DNA from: Mustelus asterias
Lineage: Eukaryota
Direction of reading: 5' to 3'
NCBI RefSeq assembly: GCF_964213995.1
Contig: NW_027590179.1
Coordinates: 310,001-374,000, forward strand
Length of the DNA: 64,000 nucleotides
Position 1 is the first letter of the stretch, and every line of letters starts with the position of its first letter. The notes under the pieces were generated by a model. It did no database searches and was not told the DNA's origin. It saw only the letters and a program-made list of their open reading frames with translations. A program made the position numbers and the translations under genes. This document shows positions 23,456 through 35,889 of the stretch, piece by piece.

Positions 23456-25119
23456 GGTGCAGGTGTCCTTGCCTCTCTCTTGGGTGGACAATCAGTTGAA
23501 GCCTCGTCCACACACAGAACACGGGTACCGTCTCTCCCCGCTGTGAATGGTGTGATAGTTATTCAGGCTGTGTAACTGGTTAAAGCTCTTTAGTCAGTGC
23601 ACTGGAACACTCTCACTCGGGTGTGGCAGTGTGTTGGTGCTTTTGCAGTCACACTGATGTTTGAAATCTTTTCAAATCAACAGACTGGACAATCATTTCT
23701 CCTTCTCGATTCAAAGGCCGATGATATTCAGCTCCCATGGAATATGACTCTGTCAGATCGAGACGTGACGTTTGAGATTTTGGCCTGTGATTCCTCTTTC
23801 AATATCCTGTAAAACGAGTTCACAAAAGTCATCAGTGTCAGTACAGGATAGAAATTCAGAACAGACAATTCTAGTTTCTATGGAACATTCTTTCCTCTCT
23901 CATTCCCCAAAAGCTGTGAATCTCCATCCCACACACTCTCCCTCCATTCTCACTCTGCTGTATCTAATATTCACCCTCCCAATTCTCCTGAAGGTGCTGA
24001 TTGATGCTGATTGACAGATCCATGCTCACTGCTTCCTGTCCTGGACACAGAGACCAGAACAAATAGGAGTTGCAGTCGGCCATTTGGCCCATCGAGCCTT
24101 TTAAACTATTCAATGAGATAATTTGTTCATCTCCCTCAGCATTATTGTCCCCACACTAAACCCATATCCCTTGATATCTTCAATATCTAGAAACCAATCA
24201 ATCTCTCTCTTGAAAATAGTTGATGACTGAGGTTTCACTGTCCTCAGGGGTTGAGAATTCCAAAGCTTTACCACATCCTTGAGTGAAGAAATCCCCCCAC
24301 ATATTAGCTTTTGCTCCATCCTCTTGTCTGTTCCCCATAACCCTTGACACCCTTGTCAGTCAAAAATCTGTCTAACTGGAATATATTCAATGATCCTCAT
24401 CCTCAACTGGTTCCTGTGGAAGAGAAATCCAAAAGACTCACAACCCTCTGAGGGAAGAGATGTCTGGAAATATATAACGTAGCAACAGTTCCATATTACA
24501 AGATATTCAGATCCCAAGGAATATGACTCTTTCTAGATTTGACGGTTGAGATTTTTGCCTGTGATTCCTCATTCAAAATCCTGTGAAATGAGTTTACAAA
24601 AGTCATCACAGTCAGTATAGGATAGAAATTCAGAGCAGACAATTCTAGTTTCTATGGAACATTCTTTCCTATTTCATTCCCAAAAAGTTGTAAATCTCCA
24701 TCCATATCTATGGATTCTATTTAAAAATGAAAGTGGATGGGCACTTGAAGGAAATAAACTTTCAGGAGAATGGGGATAGAGAGTGGGAATGGGACTGGAA
24801 TGTTATACAGAGAGTCAGCATGGACTCGAGTTACCGAATGGATTCCTTCTGTGCTGTAATGGGCTTTATGACTGGAAATGTATAACATCGCTACAGCATT
24901 ATATTACAATGCAAGAAATAATAATAAAAGTATTTTATTACAGAAACATAAATAATATATCTAATCTGGGTACCTTATAACAACACTAGACATATCTCTG
25001 TCCTATATTAACGTAAATGTCAGCCATCTCCTGGGGCAAGCTGCCCTTTAATTGTGAACATTAGAAAAAAGACCATCCTTTTAGACAGACAAATAAATGT
25101 GTCAAGCTGAGGGAGCAAA

Positions 25120-25605
25120 GGATGTTTACCAGGCTGATTCAGGGAATGGCGGGACTGATATATGAGGAGAGACTGACTCGGTTAGGATTGTTTTCGCTGG
25201 AGTTCAGATGAATGAGGGGGGATCTCATAGAGACTTATAAAATTCTAACAGGTCGAGACAGGATAGATGCAGGGAGGATGTTTCTGATGGTGGGGGGAGT
25301 CCAGAACCAAGGGTCACAGTCTGAGGATTCAGGGTAGACCATTTAGGACAGAGGTGAGGAGACGTTTCTTCACCCAAAGAGTGGTGAGTCTCTGAAATTC
25401 ATGACCACAGGAAGTAATTGATGCCAAAACATTGAATGTATTCAAAAGCATCTAGATATAGCACTTGGGGCAAATGGGATCAAAGGTTATGGGGAGAAAG
25501 CAGGATTAGACTATTGAGTTGCTTGATCATCCATGATCTTAATGAATGGCAGAGCAGGCTCGAAGGGCCAAATGGCTTCCTCCTGCTCCGATCTTCTATG
25601 TTTCT
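25120..25605 (+). mobile_element. CR1 3' fragment in ZNF A intron
   Basis: RGDLIETYKIL-type sequence and CR1 3' UTR. Confidence 0.8.
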
Positions 25606-25736
25606 CTTAAATTTCTTTAAGAGAGAGAGACCTGGGCCAACCTTTCCTGAGTCTGCACTCTCCCCGGATTCACTTCCTTTTCCTTCAGTTGTTGCAATTC
25701 TCCAATTACCCCCAGAATGAGAAAAGAAAGTGTTTT

Positions 25737-26305
25737 ACTCACAGATGTTGGCCTCTTTTAGGTTGAGACTGAAGGAAGTTTGAGTCTGTCTGAAGCTCAA
25801 TCTTCATGCACACAAAGCCCGCGCTCTGATTGGCTGGAGGACCACGGTCTTTCCGGTCCTCCAAGTCTTCCCATTGGCCAGAGCTGGTGAGCGGAAGTGA
25901 ATCAGAAGTGCGCATGTGCGGGTTTTGGGGGAATGCGCATGTGCGGGTGTGGGGCGGGGCCCGGGACACAGCCGGCGCACTGACCATTGTCTGTCTGGGT
26001 CTTCCAGCCTTTCCAATTGGACAACAGCTCAGCGCGGCTGGAGGGCAAAGTCCCGCCCACCCCACGTGGGGCTCCGCCCCTCATTGTCTGTCTGCGTGGG
26101 ATTGACCAATGGGAACTCTGGAGGACCGGAAGGCCTCTGATCCTCCAGCCAATCAGAGCTCCCACATTGTCTGAATGCGGATGTTGGACAATGAGCTTGT
26201 TCAACTGCTCATTCCTGCCCAGCGAAGCTGCTGCTGCTCTTTCTCTGAATGAAGATTGAGCTTCAGACAGGCTCAAACTTCCTTCTGTCTTCAACATCTG
26301 TGAGT
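25737..26305. promoter_or_regulatory. Bidirectional CpG-rich promoter with two mirror-image first exons (ZNF A and B)
   Basis: CCAAT boxes on both strands, GCGGAAGTG (ETS), two TGCGCATGTGCG (NRF1-like), GGGGCGGGGC; outward-facing GTGAGT donors at 25742 and 26300. Confidence 0.8.
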
Positions 26306-26379
26306 AAAACACTTTCTTTTCTCACCCTTTCCATTTTGTTTCTCATTCTGGGGGAAATTGTTGACTTGCAGCAACTGAT

Positions 26380-27905
26380 CACGAGAAATAGAAACAGGAG
26401 CGGCCACCAGGCCCTTGAAGCCTGTCCCGCCATTCAATCCGATCATAGCTGACTGATGCCGGTTTCAACTCCTTTACTGTGCCATTTCCCCATAGCCCTG
26501 TATTCCCCGATCTATCAAATATGTATCCCCCTCCACTTTAAATACTTCTAACGATCCAGCCTCCACCACCCTTTGGGGCGGGGAATTCCAGAGCTTCATC
26601 ATCCTCGATGAGAAGAAATTTCTGCACACCTCAGTTTTAAATGACTGACCCTTTATTTTGTTTGAGACTCTCCCACTCGTGACAATATCTCACCATCTAC
26701 CCTGTCAAGCCCCCTCAGGATCTGAAATGTTTCAATAACTCCCTTGTCTTCAAAACTTCAAGGAACACAGACCTTGACAATTTACTCCCTCTTGATAGGA
26801 CAACCCTCCTATCCCAGGAATTAGCCTGGTGAATTTCCTTTGGACTATGTCCAATATTACTATATCCTTGTTTAGGTAAGGGGATCAAAACTGTATGCAC
26901 TATTCCAGGTGAGGCATCACCAACACACTGTACAGTTGCAACAAAACCTCCCTGTTTTTAAACTCCAACCCCTTTGCAATAAAAGCCAAAATGCCATTTT
27001 CCTCCTTAACTCGTGTGGGACCTGCCTGCTCGCTTTTTGTGATTCATGCACAAGAACACCAAGATCCCTCTGTACTTCACTCACCGGCAGCCTCTCTCCA
27101 TTTAGATAATCTCCCTGTTGATTCCTCCTACTGAAATACATGACCTCACACTTCCCCACTTTAAACTCCATTTGCCAGGTTTAGAAGACAGAGGGGTGAC
27201 TTTATTGCATCTTCCCCAACTCTCGACTTATCTTTCCCGGCCCTATCCCTGTAGCCCTACATTTTTACCCCACTAATCCACCTAATCTACATCTATTGGG
27301 ACACAAAGGGGCAATTTAGCACGGCCAATCAGTCTAACCTGCACATCTTTGGACTGTGGGAAGAACCTGGAGAACTCAAAAATCCACACAGACATGGAGA
27401 GAATGCGCATACTCCACACAGACTGTCACCCAAGGCCGGGATTGAACCTGGGTCCCTGGCACTGTGAGGCAGCAGTGCTAACCACTGTGCTGCCATGGCA
27501 CCATATCTAAATAAACTACAGATTTCTTGCGATCTACCCTCCTTCTTATATCCTCAAACAATTCAAGCAAATTTGTCAAACATAATTTATCTTTCTTAGA
27601 ACCATGTTGACGAGGTTTGATTGTATTCAGCTTTCCTAAATGATTAGCTATTTGCTCTTTGATTATTGACTCCAGCGTCTTGCCAATAATAGATGTTAAA
27701 TTAACTGGCCTATAGTTCTCTGCCTTCTGCCTTTCTCCCTTTTTGACCAAGGTAGTCACATTGGCTGATTGCCAATCTTCTGATACTCTCCCGGAATCTA
27801 GCAAGTTACAAAAAATTTCAACAAAATTCTCCACTATCTCTTCAGCAACCTCCATTAAAAAGCTGGCACGCAGTTCATTGGGTCCTGGTGATTTGTCCGC
27901 CCTTA
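26380..27905 (-). mobile_element. Decayed CR1 LINE in ZNF B intron, interrupted by a SINE at about 27235-27497
   Basis: ENYRPVNLTS and DLGVLVHES motifs; intron similarity to the paralogs resumes at 27910. Confidence 0.85.
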
Positions 27906-28448
27906 GTCACTGAAGGGAAAGGAAGTGAGTCCAGTCTATATAATCCATACATTTTTGGTCCAGTCATATAGACATAGATCTGTCTGGCAGCCTGCATGGG
28001 GATTTCCAGCTCTCTGTGTCCAGGACAGGAAGCAGTGAGCATGGATCTGCCAATCAGTGCCTTCAGGAGAATTGGGAGGGTGAATATTAGATACAGCAGA
28101 GTGAGAATGGAGGGAGAGTGTGTGGGATGGAGATTCACAACTTTTGGGGAATGAGAGAGGAAAGAATGTTCCACAGAAACTTGATTTGTCTGTTCGGAAT
28201 TTCTATCCTGTGCTGACACTGATGACTTTTGTAAATTCCTTTTACAGCATATCAGAAGGTGAGAATTTACAGACAGAAATCTCAAACCAAACGTCACATC
28301 ACCATCTGACAGAATCACTCAATTTATCGGGGCCTGAATATCACTGACCTTTGAATCTAGAAGGGGAAATGTTTCTCTGTTCTGTCAGCTTCTGAAGATT
28401 TTAAGTATCTGTGTGACTGGAAAAGCACCAAGACACACACACACCTGA

Positions 28449-28556
<108 letters not shown>

Positions 28557-28604
28557 TGAGATTTAACTGATTGTTTAAACTACAGAGTCACAAGGACCCG
28601 AACC

Positions 28605-29277
28605 ATGGGGAAACCGTGGAAATGTGGGGACTGTGGGAAGGGGTACACGTGCCCATCTCGGCTGGAAATTCATCAACGCAGTCACACTGGGGAGAGGCCC
28701 TTCAGCTGCTGTGTGTGTGGAAAGGGATTCACTCAGTCATCCGAACTGCGGACACACCAACTAGTTCACACTGGGGAGAGGCCATTCACCTGCTCTGTGT
28801 GTAGGAAGGGATTCACTCAGTCATCCAGCCTGCAGAAACACCAGCGAGTTCACACTGGGAAGAAGCCATTCACCTGCTGCGTGTGTGGGAAGAGATTCAG
28901 TCAGTTATCCAACCAGCAGAGACACCAGCGAGTTCACACTGGGGAGAGACCATTCACCTGCACTGTGTGTGGGAAGGGATTCACTCAATTATCCACCCTG
29001 CAGACACACCAGCGAGTTCACACTGGGGAGAGACCATTCACCTGCTCTCAGTGTGGGAAGGGATTTATTGCCTCATCCAGTCTGCAGACACACCAGCGAG
29101 TTCACACCGGAGAGAGGCCATTCACCTGCCCGAAGTGTGAGAAGGGATTCACTAACTCATCCAGCCTGCGGACACACCAGCGAGTTCACACTGGGGAGAG
29201 ACCATTCACCTGCTCTGTGTGGAAAGGGTTTCAGCGTTTCATCCCGGCTGCTGAGACACCAGCAAATTCATGAGTGA
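28605..29277 (+). CDS. KRAB-less C2H2 zinc-finger protein (copy B), 7 fingers plus frameshifted 8th
   Basis: [12 protein letters not shown] start; 2-nt loss in a TG run near 29218; shifted frame ends [12 protein letters not shown] at 29277; acceptor 28247. Confidence 0.85.
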
Positions 29278-30057
29278 TTCCAGGGGTTGGATTCTGCTGT
29301 TGTTGTTTCTGCTCTCAGTTACATCCAGGACTGCATTTTGTTCATTCTCACAGTTGGTCAATGGGGAGGGACGAGGGTTTCTTTCTGCTGGACTGGCCGG
29401 TCTCACGATTTTGCCTCCAAAGGCTGGTGCTCGGTAGTTAAGAGATATTTAGTTAGTATTTCTGTTTGAAAGCCCCCCCAAATGCTCATCCAATTTCCTT
29501 TGTAATTGTTTATTGTCTCCACTTCCTCCACCCTCGTAGGCAGCGAGTTCCCGGTCATTACCATTCGCTGCATCAAAATATTCTTCCTCACATCGCCCCC
29601 CTCCCCGCCCCTCCACCCCCCATCCCACATATCTGAACCAAAATCTGCACCCCCTTCATCCTTGTCCCATCAGCTAAAGGGAACAGCTTTTCTTTGTCCA
29701 CCTTATCTAAACCTGTCAGAATCTTGTCCACCTCTATCAAATCTCCCCTCAACCTCCTTTGCTCCAAGGGGAACACCCCCAGCCTGACATTGACAATAAA
29801 GAACAAACTAACAGAATGTGTTAATACCTGAAATTAAATAGGAATGTTTAATTTCTGTTTTAAAGATATTGTGATTATACTTTCCTGGACAATAAAGAAA
29901 TTGGAATAACTCACCTTGGGTGTGGTTGAATGGAATATATCAATCTGGTATCCACCTACAGTCTAGTGAAAGTCTGGAATGTGTAGCTGGAAATCCCTCC
30001 CTAACAGCACTGTGGATGTACTTACACCTCAGGCATTGTAGCAGTTCAGGAAGGCAG

Positions 30058-30513
30058 TGTTGGGGTTGACCATGGCCGAGGCAGCTACATACAGCCACAT
30101 ATTCTGTTATAATTGAAGGACTGCAGATTGAATGTGAGGCATTATGGGACTGGACTATCTTGACCACATTCCTGTGACTGCTCAGTTTCTGCAATCACGG
30201 ACCATTAAAGCTGCTTAGCAGGGCCCTGACACAGGACCTGGTAAGAATATTTACTCAGAATGAGTGAGAATTAAACTTATTCCAGGACTGGCTGGTGTTC
30301 AGCGGCTGAGATACTTGAATCTGTAAAAAGGGGGTCTGACCAATCAACAAACGATGATAGGTAGTTGGTTCAAAGCGTTTTCAGGCATTATTTAAATTAT
30401 TTTATCATATATTTGTGACCTGATAGTCGGTGAAGTGACGGTATTCTCCAAGTAGCAATGGACTGAAAAGCGGACCTCAGAGTAGATTCTAATAGTTATA
30501 ATCTTACCCAAGC
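30058..30513 (+). mobile_element. Possible LTR
   Basis: TGTTGGGG..CCCAAGCA termini followed by TGG; inverted copy near 54258-54744. Confidence 0.35.
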
Positions 30514-30607
30514 ATGGCCAGTGAAAAATCAGAGCTCAAGTGGGGACTGGACAGGTCTCTTACCTGCCATTTGGAAACTAAGAACAAGAAACATATCGAT
30601 TAAAATG

Positions 30608-30790
30608 ATTAGAGAATAGAGCCAATCTTTCGAGTCTGGATTACATTTCAGAAGAGCTCTTATGAAGGGTCATCCAGACTCGAAACATTGGCTCTATTCT
30701 CTCTCCACAGATGCTGTCAGACCTGCTGAGATTTTCCAGCATTTTCTGTTTTTGTTTCAGATTCCAGAATCTGCAGTATTTTACTTTTAT
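30608..30790. mobile_element. Palindromic Penelope-like repeat (family 2) with decayed hammerhead
   Basis: AGAGAATAGAGCCAA..TTTCGAGTCTGGAT is inverted against ATCCAGACTCGAAA..TTGGCTCTATTCTCT. Confidence 0.6.
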
Positions 30791-31134
30791 GATAAAATGA
30801 TTAGTTCTGATTGGAATCCCCACGACCCTCCCGCAAAACAGAGGGAGTGGTGGCAGAAGGAGATAAAGGATAAAAAGGAGATAAAGGGTTTAAAATCGGA
30901 GGTTTTTTTCAAAACCGGAAGTAGGGCCAGGAGAGGCCAGGGGAAGTTTTTGGAGGGTTTAAAAGTGCACCAAAGTATACAGCGGGCAGCATCGTAGCGG
31001 GCAGCAGAGTGAGTGGGAAGTTGAGTGAGCTGTCAGGGCTTTGGCTCACAGGGCTTGGACGAGCAGGGGTGAGTTTTTGTTTCCTTACACTCTTATTAAC
31101 TTTTCACTGTCTTACTTGACATAAAGTGTCCAGT

Positions 31135-32059
31135 ATGAGTGTGAAACCAGTGTGCTGTTCCCAGTGTAGGATGTGGGAGGTCCTGGAGGCATCTGGCCTC
31201 CCGGACATCCACATCTGTGAGGGGTGTGTCGAGCTGTGGTTCCTGAGGGACCGTGTTAGGGAGCTGGAACTGCAGCTCGAGGATCTTAGGCTGATGAGGG
31301 AGAATGAGGAGGTGATAGACAAGAGCTATCATCAGGTGGTCACACCAGGGCCACGGGAGGAGGCCAAGTGGGTGACGGCCAGGAAGGGTAAGGCTAGGGT
31401 GGTTGAGAGCACCCCGGTGGATTTGCCCCTGCACAACAAGTACTCCTGCTTGAGTACTGCTGGGGGGGACAGCCCGCCTGGGGGAAGCAGCAGTGGCCGT
31501 GTCTCCGCAGTGGAGTCCAGCCCTGTAACTCAGAGGGCTAAGGAAAAGAGGAAGGCGGTATTAATCGGGGACTCGATGGTGAAGGGGACAGAGGCGTTTC
31601 TGCGGAGGTAGGCGGGATTCTCGCATGGTGGTCTGCCTCCCTGGGGCCGGGATCCAGGATGTCGCTCGTCGCGTCCCGGAAATCCTGAGGTGGGAGGGAG
31701 AGGAGCCTGAGGTAGCGGTACATATTGGTACCGCTGATGTGGGTAGGAAGGGAGAAGGGGTCATGAAAAAGGAGTACAGGGAATTAGGGAGACAGCTGAG
31801 AAAGAGGAAAGCAAAGGTAGTAATCTCAGGATTACTGCCTGTGCCACGGGAAGGTGAGGGCAGGAATGGAGTGAGGTGGAGGATGAATGTGTGGCTGAGG
31901 GACTGGTGCAGGGGGCAGGGATTCAGGTTCCTGGACCATTGGGACCTCTTTAGGGGCAGGGGTGATCTGTATACAAAAAACGGGTGGAACTTGAATCACA
32001 CGGGGACCAATATCCTGGCCGGTAGGTTGGCTAAGGCTACTGGGGAGAATTTAAACTAG
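31135..32059 (+). pseudogene. CR1 ORF1 (Cys4 zinc finger, coiled coil, SGNH esterase), one frameshift
   Basis: CSQC..CEGC, VRELELQLEDL, IGDS, frameshift near 31590, CLPGA, HIGTAD, GWNLN. Confidence 0.9.
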
Positions 32060-32064
32060 ATAGG

Positions 32065-35000
32065 TTGGGGGGAGGGGAGCTAGAAGAGTTGACCAGGATC
32101 AAGGAACTAATTGATGGGGGGGAGGATGCAGGGGAAAGGGGAATTACAAAATTAATGGTAGAGGAGAGGGTGCAAGTGAATGAAGGCGGTAATTTAGAAA
32201 AGGGAGTAGAGGGAGAGGGTGTTCGCGACTCATCAAAGCGGGTCCAGATAAAAGCTGGAATAAGGACACTTTGCCTGAATGCACGAAGCATTCGGAACAA
32301 GGTAAATGAGTTGATGGTGCAAATCAGCACAAGTGGGTACGATCTAGTGGCCATTACAGAAACGTGGCTGAAAGGTGACCAGGACTGGGAGATGAATATC
32401 CAGGGGTATCAGGCGTTTAGGAAGAATAGACAGGAAGGAAAAGGTGGTGGGGTCGCGCTATTAATAAGAGATAATATCAGGGTAGTACTGAGGGATGACA
32501 TAGGCTCTGAGGAACAAAACGTGGAATCATTATGGGTAGAGATGAGGAATAGTAGAGGGAGAAAGACACTAGTAGGTGTGGTATATAGGCCCCCAAATAA
32601 TAATGTTGAGGTAGGGAGGGCTATAAACAAGCAGATAAGGGATGCGTGTAAAAACGGAACGGCAATAATCATGGGGGACTTCAACATGCACATTGACTGG
32701 CAGACTCAAGTCAGTAAGGGTGGAATGGAGGAAGAGTTCTTAGAATGCTGTCGGGATAGTTTCCTTGAACAGCATGTTACGGAACCGACGAGGGAACGAG
32801 CTATTTTGGATCTGGTATTGTGTAACGAGGTAGGTAGAATTAAGGATCTTATTGTGAAGGACCCTCTTGGGTCTAGTGACCACAATATGGTCGAATTTCT
32901 GATTCAGATGGAAGAGGAGAAAGTTTGGTCCCAAACCAGTGTCCTCTGTTTGAACAGAGGGAAATATGATAGGATGAGGGATGAATTGGCTAAGGTAGAC
33001 TGGGAGAGCAGGCTGGCAGGTAGGATAGCTGAGGAACAGTGGAGGATTTTTAAGGAGATCCTTTTCAGTTCTCAGCAAAAATATATTCCAGCAAAAAACA
33101 AGGATTGTAAGAAAAGGGAGAACCAGCCGTGGACAACGAAGGAAATAAAGGAGAGTATTAAAATAAAAACAGCTGCGTACAGAGTGGCCAAAAATAGTGG
33201 AGAAACAAGTGATTGGGAAAAATTTAAGAAACAACAAAGAGAGACTAAGAAAGCGATAAAGAAAGGAAGGATAGACTATGAAGCTAGGCTAGCAATTAAT
33301 ATAAAAAATGATAGAATCATAGAATCCCTACAGTGCAGAAGGAGGCCATTCGGCCCATCGAGTCTGCACCGACCACAATCCCACCCAGACCCTACCCCCA
33401 CATATTTTACCCGCTAATCCCTCTAACCTACGCATCTCAGGACTCTAAGGGGCAATTTTAAACCTGGCCAATCAACCTAACCCGCACATCTTTGGACTGT
33501 GGGAGGAAACCGGAGCATCCGGAGGAAACCCACGCAGACACGAGGAGAATGTGCAAACTCCACACAGACAGTGACCCGAGCCGGGAATCGAACCCGGGAC
33601 CCTGGAGCTGTGAAGCAGCAGTGCTAACCACTGTGCTACCGTGCCGCCCAAATATAAAAGTTTTTATAAATATATAAAAAGGAATAGAGTGGCTAGAGTG
33701 AATGTTGGACCCTTGGAGGACGAGAGGGGGGAGTTAATAGTGGGAAATGAGGATATGGCTGAGTCTTTAAATAAGTTTTTTGTGTCGGTCTTCACGGTGG
33801 AGGACACAAATAGTTTGCCAAATATTAACGATAGAGGGTTGGCAGCAGGAGAAATACTTAATACAATTAATGTTACCAGAGAGGCAGTGCTGGGTAGACT
33901 AATGGGACTGAAGGTGGACAAGTCCCCGGGTCCGGATGGAATGCATCCCAGGGTATTGAAAGAAATGTCAGAGGTAATAGAGGATGCGTTAGTGATTATT
34001 TATCAAAACTCGTTGCATTCTGGGGTAGTGCCGGTTGATTGGAAAACGGCTAATGTTACGCCGCTGTTTAAAAAAGGAAGGAGACAAAAGGCGGGTAACT
34101 ATAGGCCGGTCAGCTTAACGTCTGTAGTAGGGAAAATGCTGGAATCCATTATTAAAGAGGAGATAGCAGGGCATCTGGATAGAAATGGTTCGATCAATCA
34201 GACGCAGCATGGATTCATGAGGGGAAAGTCGTGCTTGACGAACATGTTGGATTTTTATGAAGATGTGACTAGGGCGGTTGATGGAGGAGAACCGGTGTTT
34301 TTGGATTTCCAAAAGGCGTTTGATAAGGTGCCCCATAAAAGGCTGCTGAAGAAGATTAGGGCACACGGAGTTGGGGGTAGTGTGTTAAAGTGGATTGGGG
34401 ACTGGCTATCCGACAGGAAGCAAAGAGTCGGAATAAATGGGTGTTTTTCCGGTTGGAGGAAGGTAACTAGTGGCGTGCCGCAGGGATCGGTACTCGGGCC
34501 GCAACTGTTTACCATTTATATAGATGATCTGGAGGAGGGGACGGAGTGTAGGGTAACAAAGTTTGCAGACGACACAAAGATAAGTGGAAAAGTGAATCGT
34601 GTGGAGGACGGAGAAGATCTGCAGAGAGATTTGGACAGGCTGAGTGAGTGGGCGAGGATATGGCAAATGGAGTATAACGTTGAGAAATGCGAGGTTATAC
34701 ACTTTGGAGGAAATAATAACAAATGGGATTACTATCTCAATGGAAACAAATTAAAACATGCTACTGTGCAAAGGGACCTGGGGGTCCTTGTGCATGAGAC
34801 GCAAAAGCCCAGTCTGCAGGTACAACAGGTGATCAAGAAGGCAAATGGGATGTTGGCCTATATTGCGAAGGGCATAGAATATAAAAGCAGGGATGTCTTG
34901 ATGCACCTGTACAGGGCATTGGTGAGGCCGCAGCTGGAATACTGTGTGCAGTATTGGTCCCCTTATATGAGGAAGGATATATTGGCATTGGAGGGAGTGC

Positions 35001-35401
35001 AGAGAAGGTTCACCAGGTTGATACCGGAGATGAGGGGTTTGGATTATGAGGAGAGGCTGAGGAGATTGGGTTTGAACTCGTTGGAGTTTAGAAGGATGAG
35101 GGGGGATCTTATGGAGACTTATAAGATAATGCGGGGGCTGGATAGGGTGGAGGCGGAGAAATTCTTTCCACTTAGTAAGGAAGTTAAAACTAGAGGACAC
35201 AGCCTCAAAATAAAGGGGGGTCGGTTTAAGACAGAGTTGAGGAGGAACTTCTTCTCCCAGAGGGTGGTGAATCTCTGGAATTCTCTGCCCACTGAGGTGG
35301 TGGAGGCTACCTCGCTGAATATGTTTAAAGCGCGGATGGATGGATTCCTGATCGGTAAGGGAATTAAGGGTTATGGGGATCAGGCGGGTAAGTGGTACTG
35401 A
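32065..35401 (+). pseudogene. CR1 ORF2 (APE endonuclease plus RT) interrupted by a SINE
   Basis: LNARS, ITETW, GDFN, SDHN; RT GVPQGSVLGP, FADD; SINE at 33311-33649. Confidence 0.93.
33311..33649 (-). mobile_element. Full-length HE1-type SINE
   Basis: GGGCGGCACGG head, GGTTCGATTCC B box, GATTCTAT tail. Confidence 0.92.
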
Positions 35402-35889
35402 TCCACGTCAGATCAGCCATGATCTTATTGAATGGCGGGGCAGGCTCGAGGGGCTAGATGGCCTACTCCTGCTCCTATTTGTTATGTTCTTATGTTCTTA
35501 TAAGGATGATAAAGTCTGGGTTCTGATTCTCATGTAGAACTAACAAAACGAATGAATCAGTTTATAAAGAACAGAAGTGACCCATCCCTAACAAAAACTG
35601 ATCAAATTAAAATAATTCGGTTGAGGAAGAAAACAAAAAGAATAATAGATGAAGTTTAAAATTAAGATTGTTTTGTTGTTAGAGATTTTTTAAATTATGT
35701 AAAGTGATGTAATTGTGTGCCAAGTTTTTTTCTGCTCACTCCCCACCCCTTTAGGTTCAGTAGAAAAGTTAATTTGTTTTTAAATCGCCCGGAAACTTAT
35801 GTCTATTTTGCTTTATAATTGAGGATTTATGGGAACCAGTTAAATGTGGAAATTTTAAGCATAGCCACTAAGACCATATTTGCTTGCGG

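Larger units (their letters stand above)
17945..25090 (-). repeat. Segmental duplication (ZNF cassette A), direct paralog of about 54845-59100
   Basis: Colinear intron, UTR and flank similarity; A has an extra ~3.6 kb at 18420-22036, C has an extra Penelope insertion. Confidence 0.9.
30885..35500 (+). mobile_element. Near full-length CR1-clade LINE
   Basis: 5' UTR, ORF1, ORF2 and TTATGTTC tail; empty site in the paralog near 53890-53920. Confidence 0.95.
29280..35830 (+). repeat. 3' flank of ZNF B, inverted paralog of about 53530-55520
   Basis: Colinear reverse-complement similarity on both sides of the CR1 inserted at about 30885-35500. Confidence 0.85.

Noticed and set aside
22131-23522. 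Long alternative-frame ORFs over ZNF arrays
   Set aside because: By-product of stop-poor 84-bp repeats.
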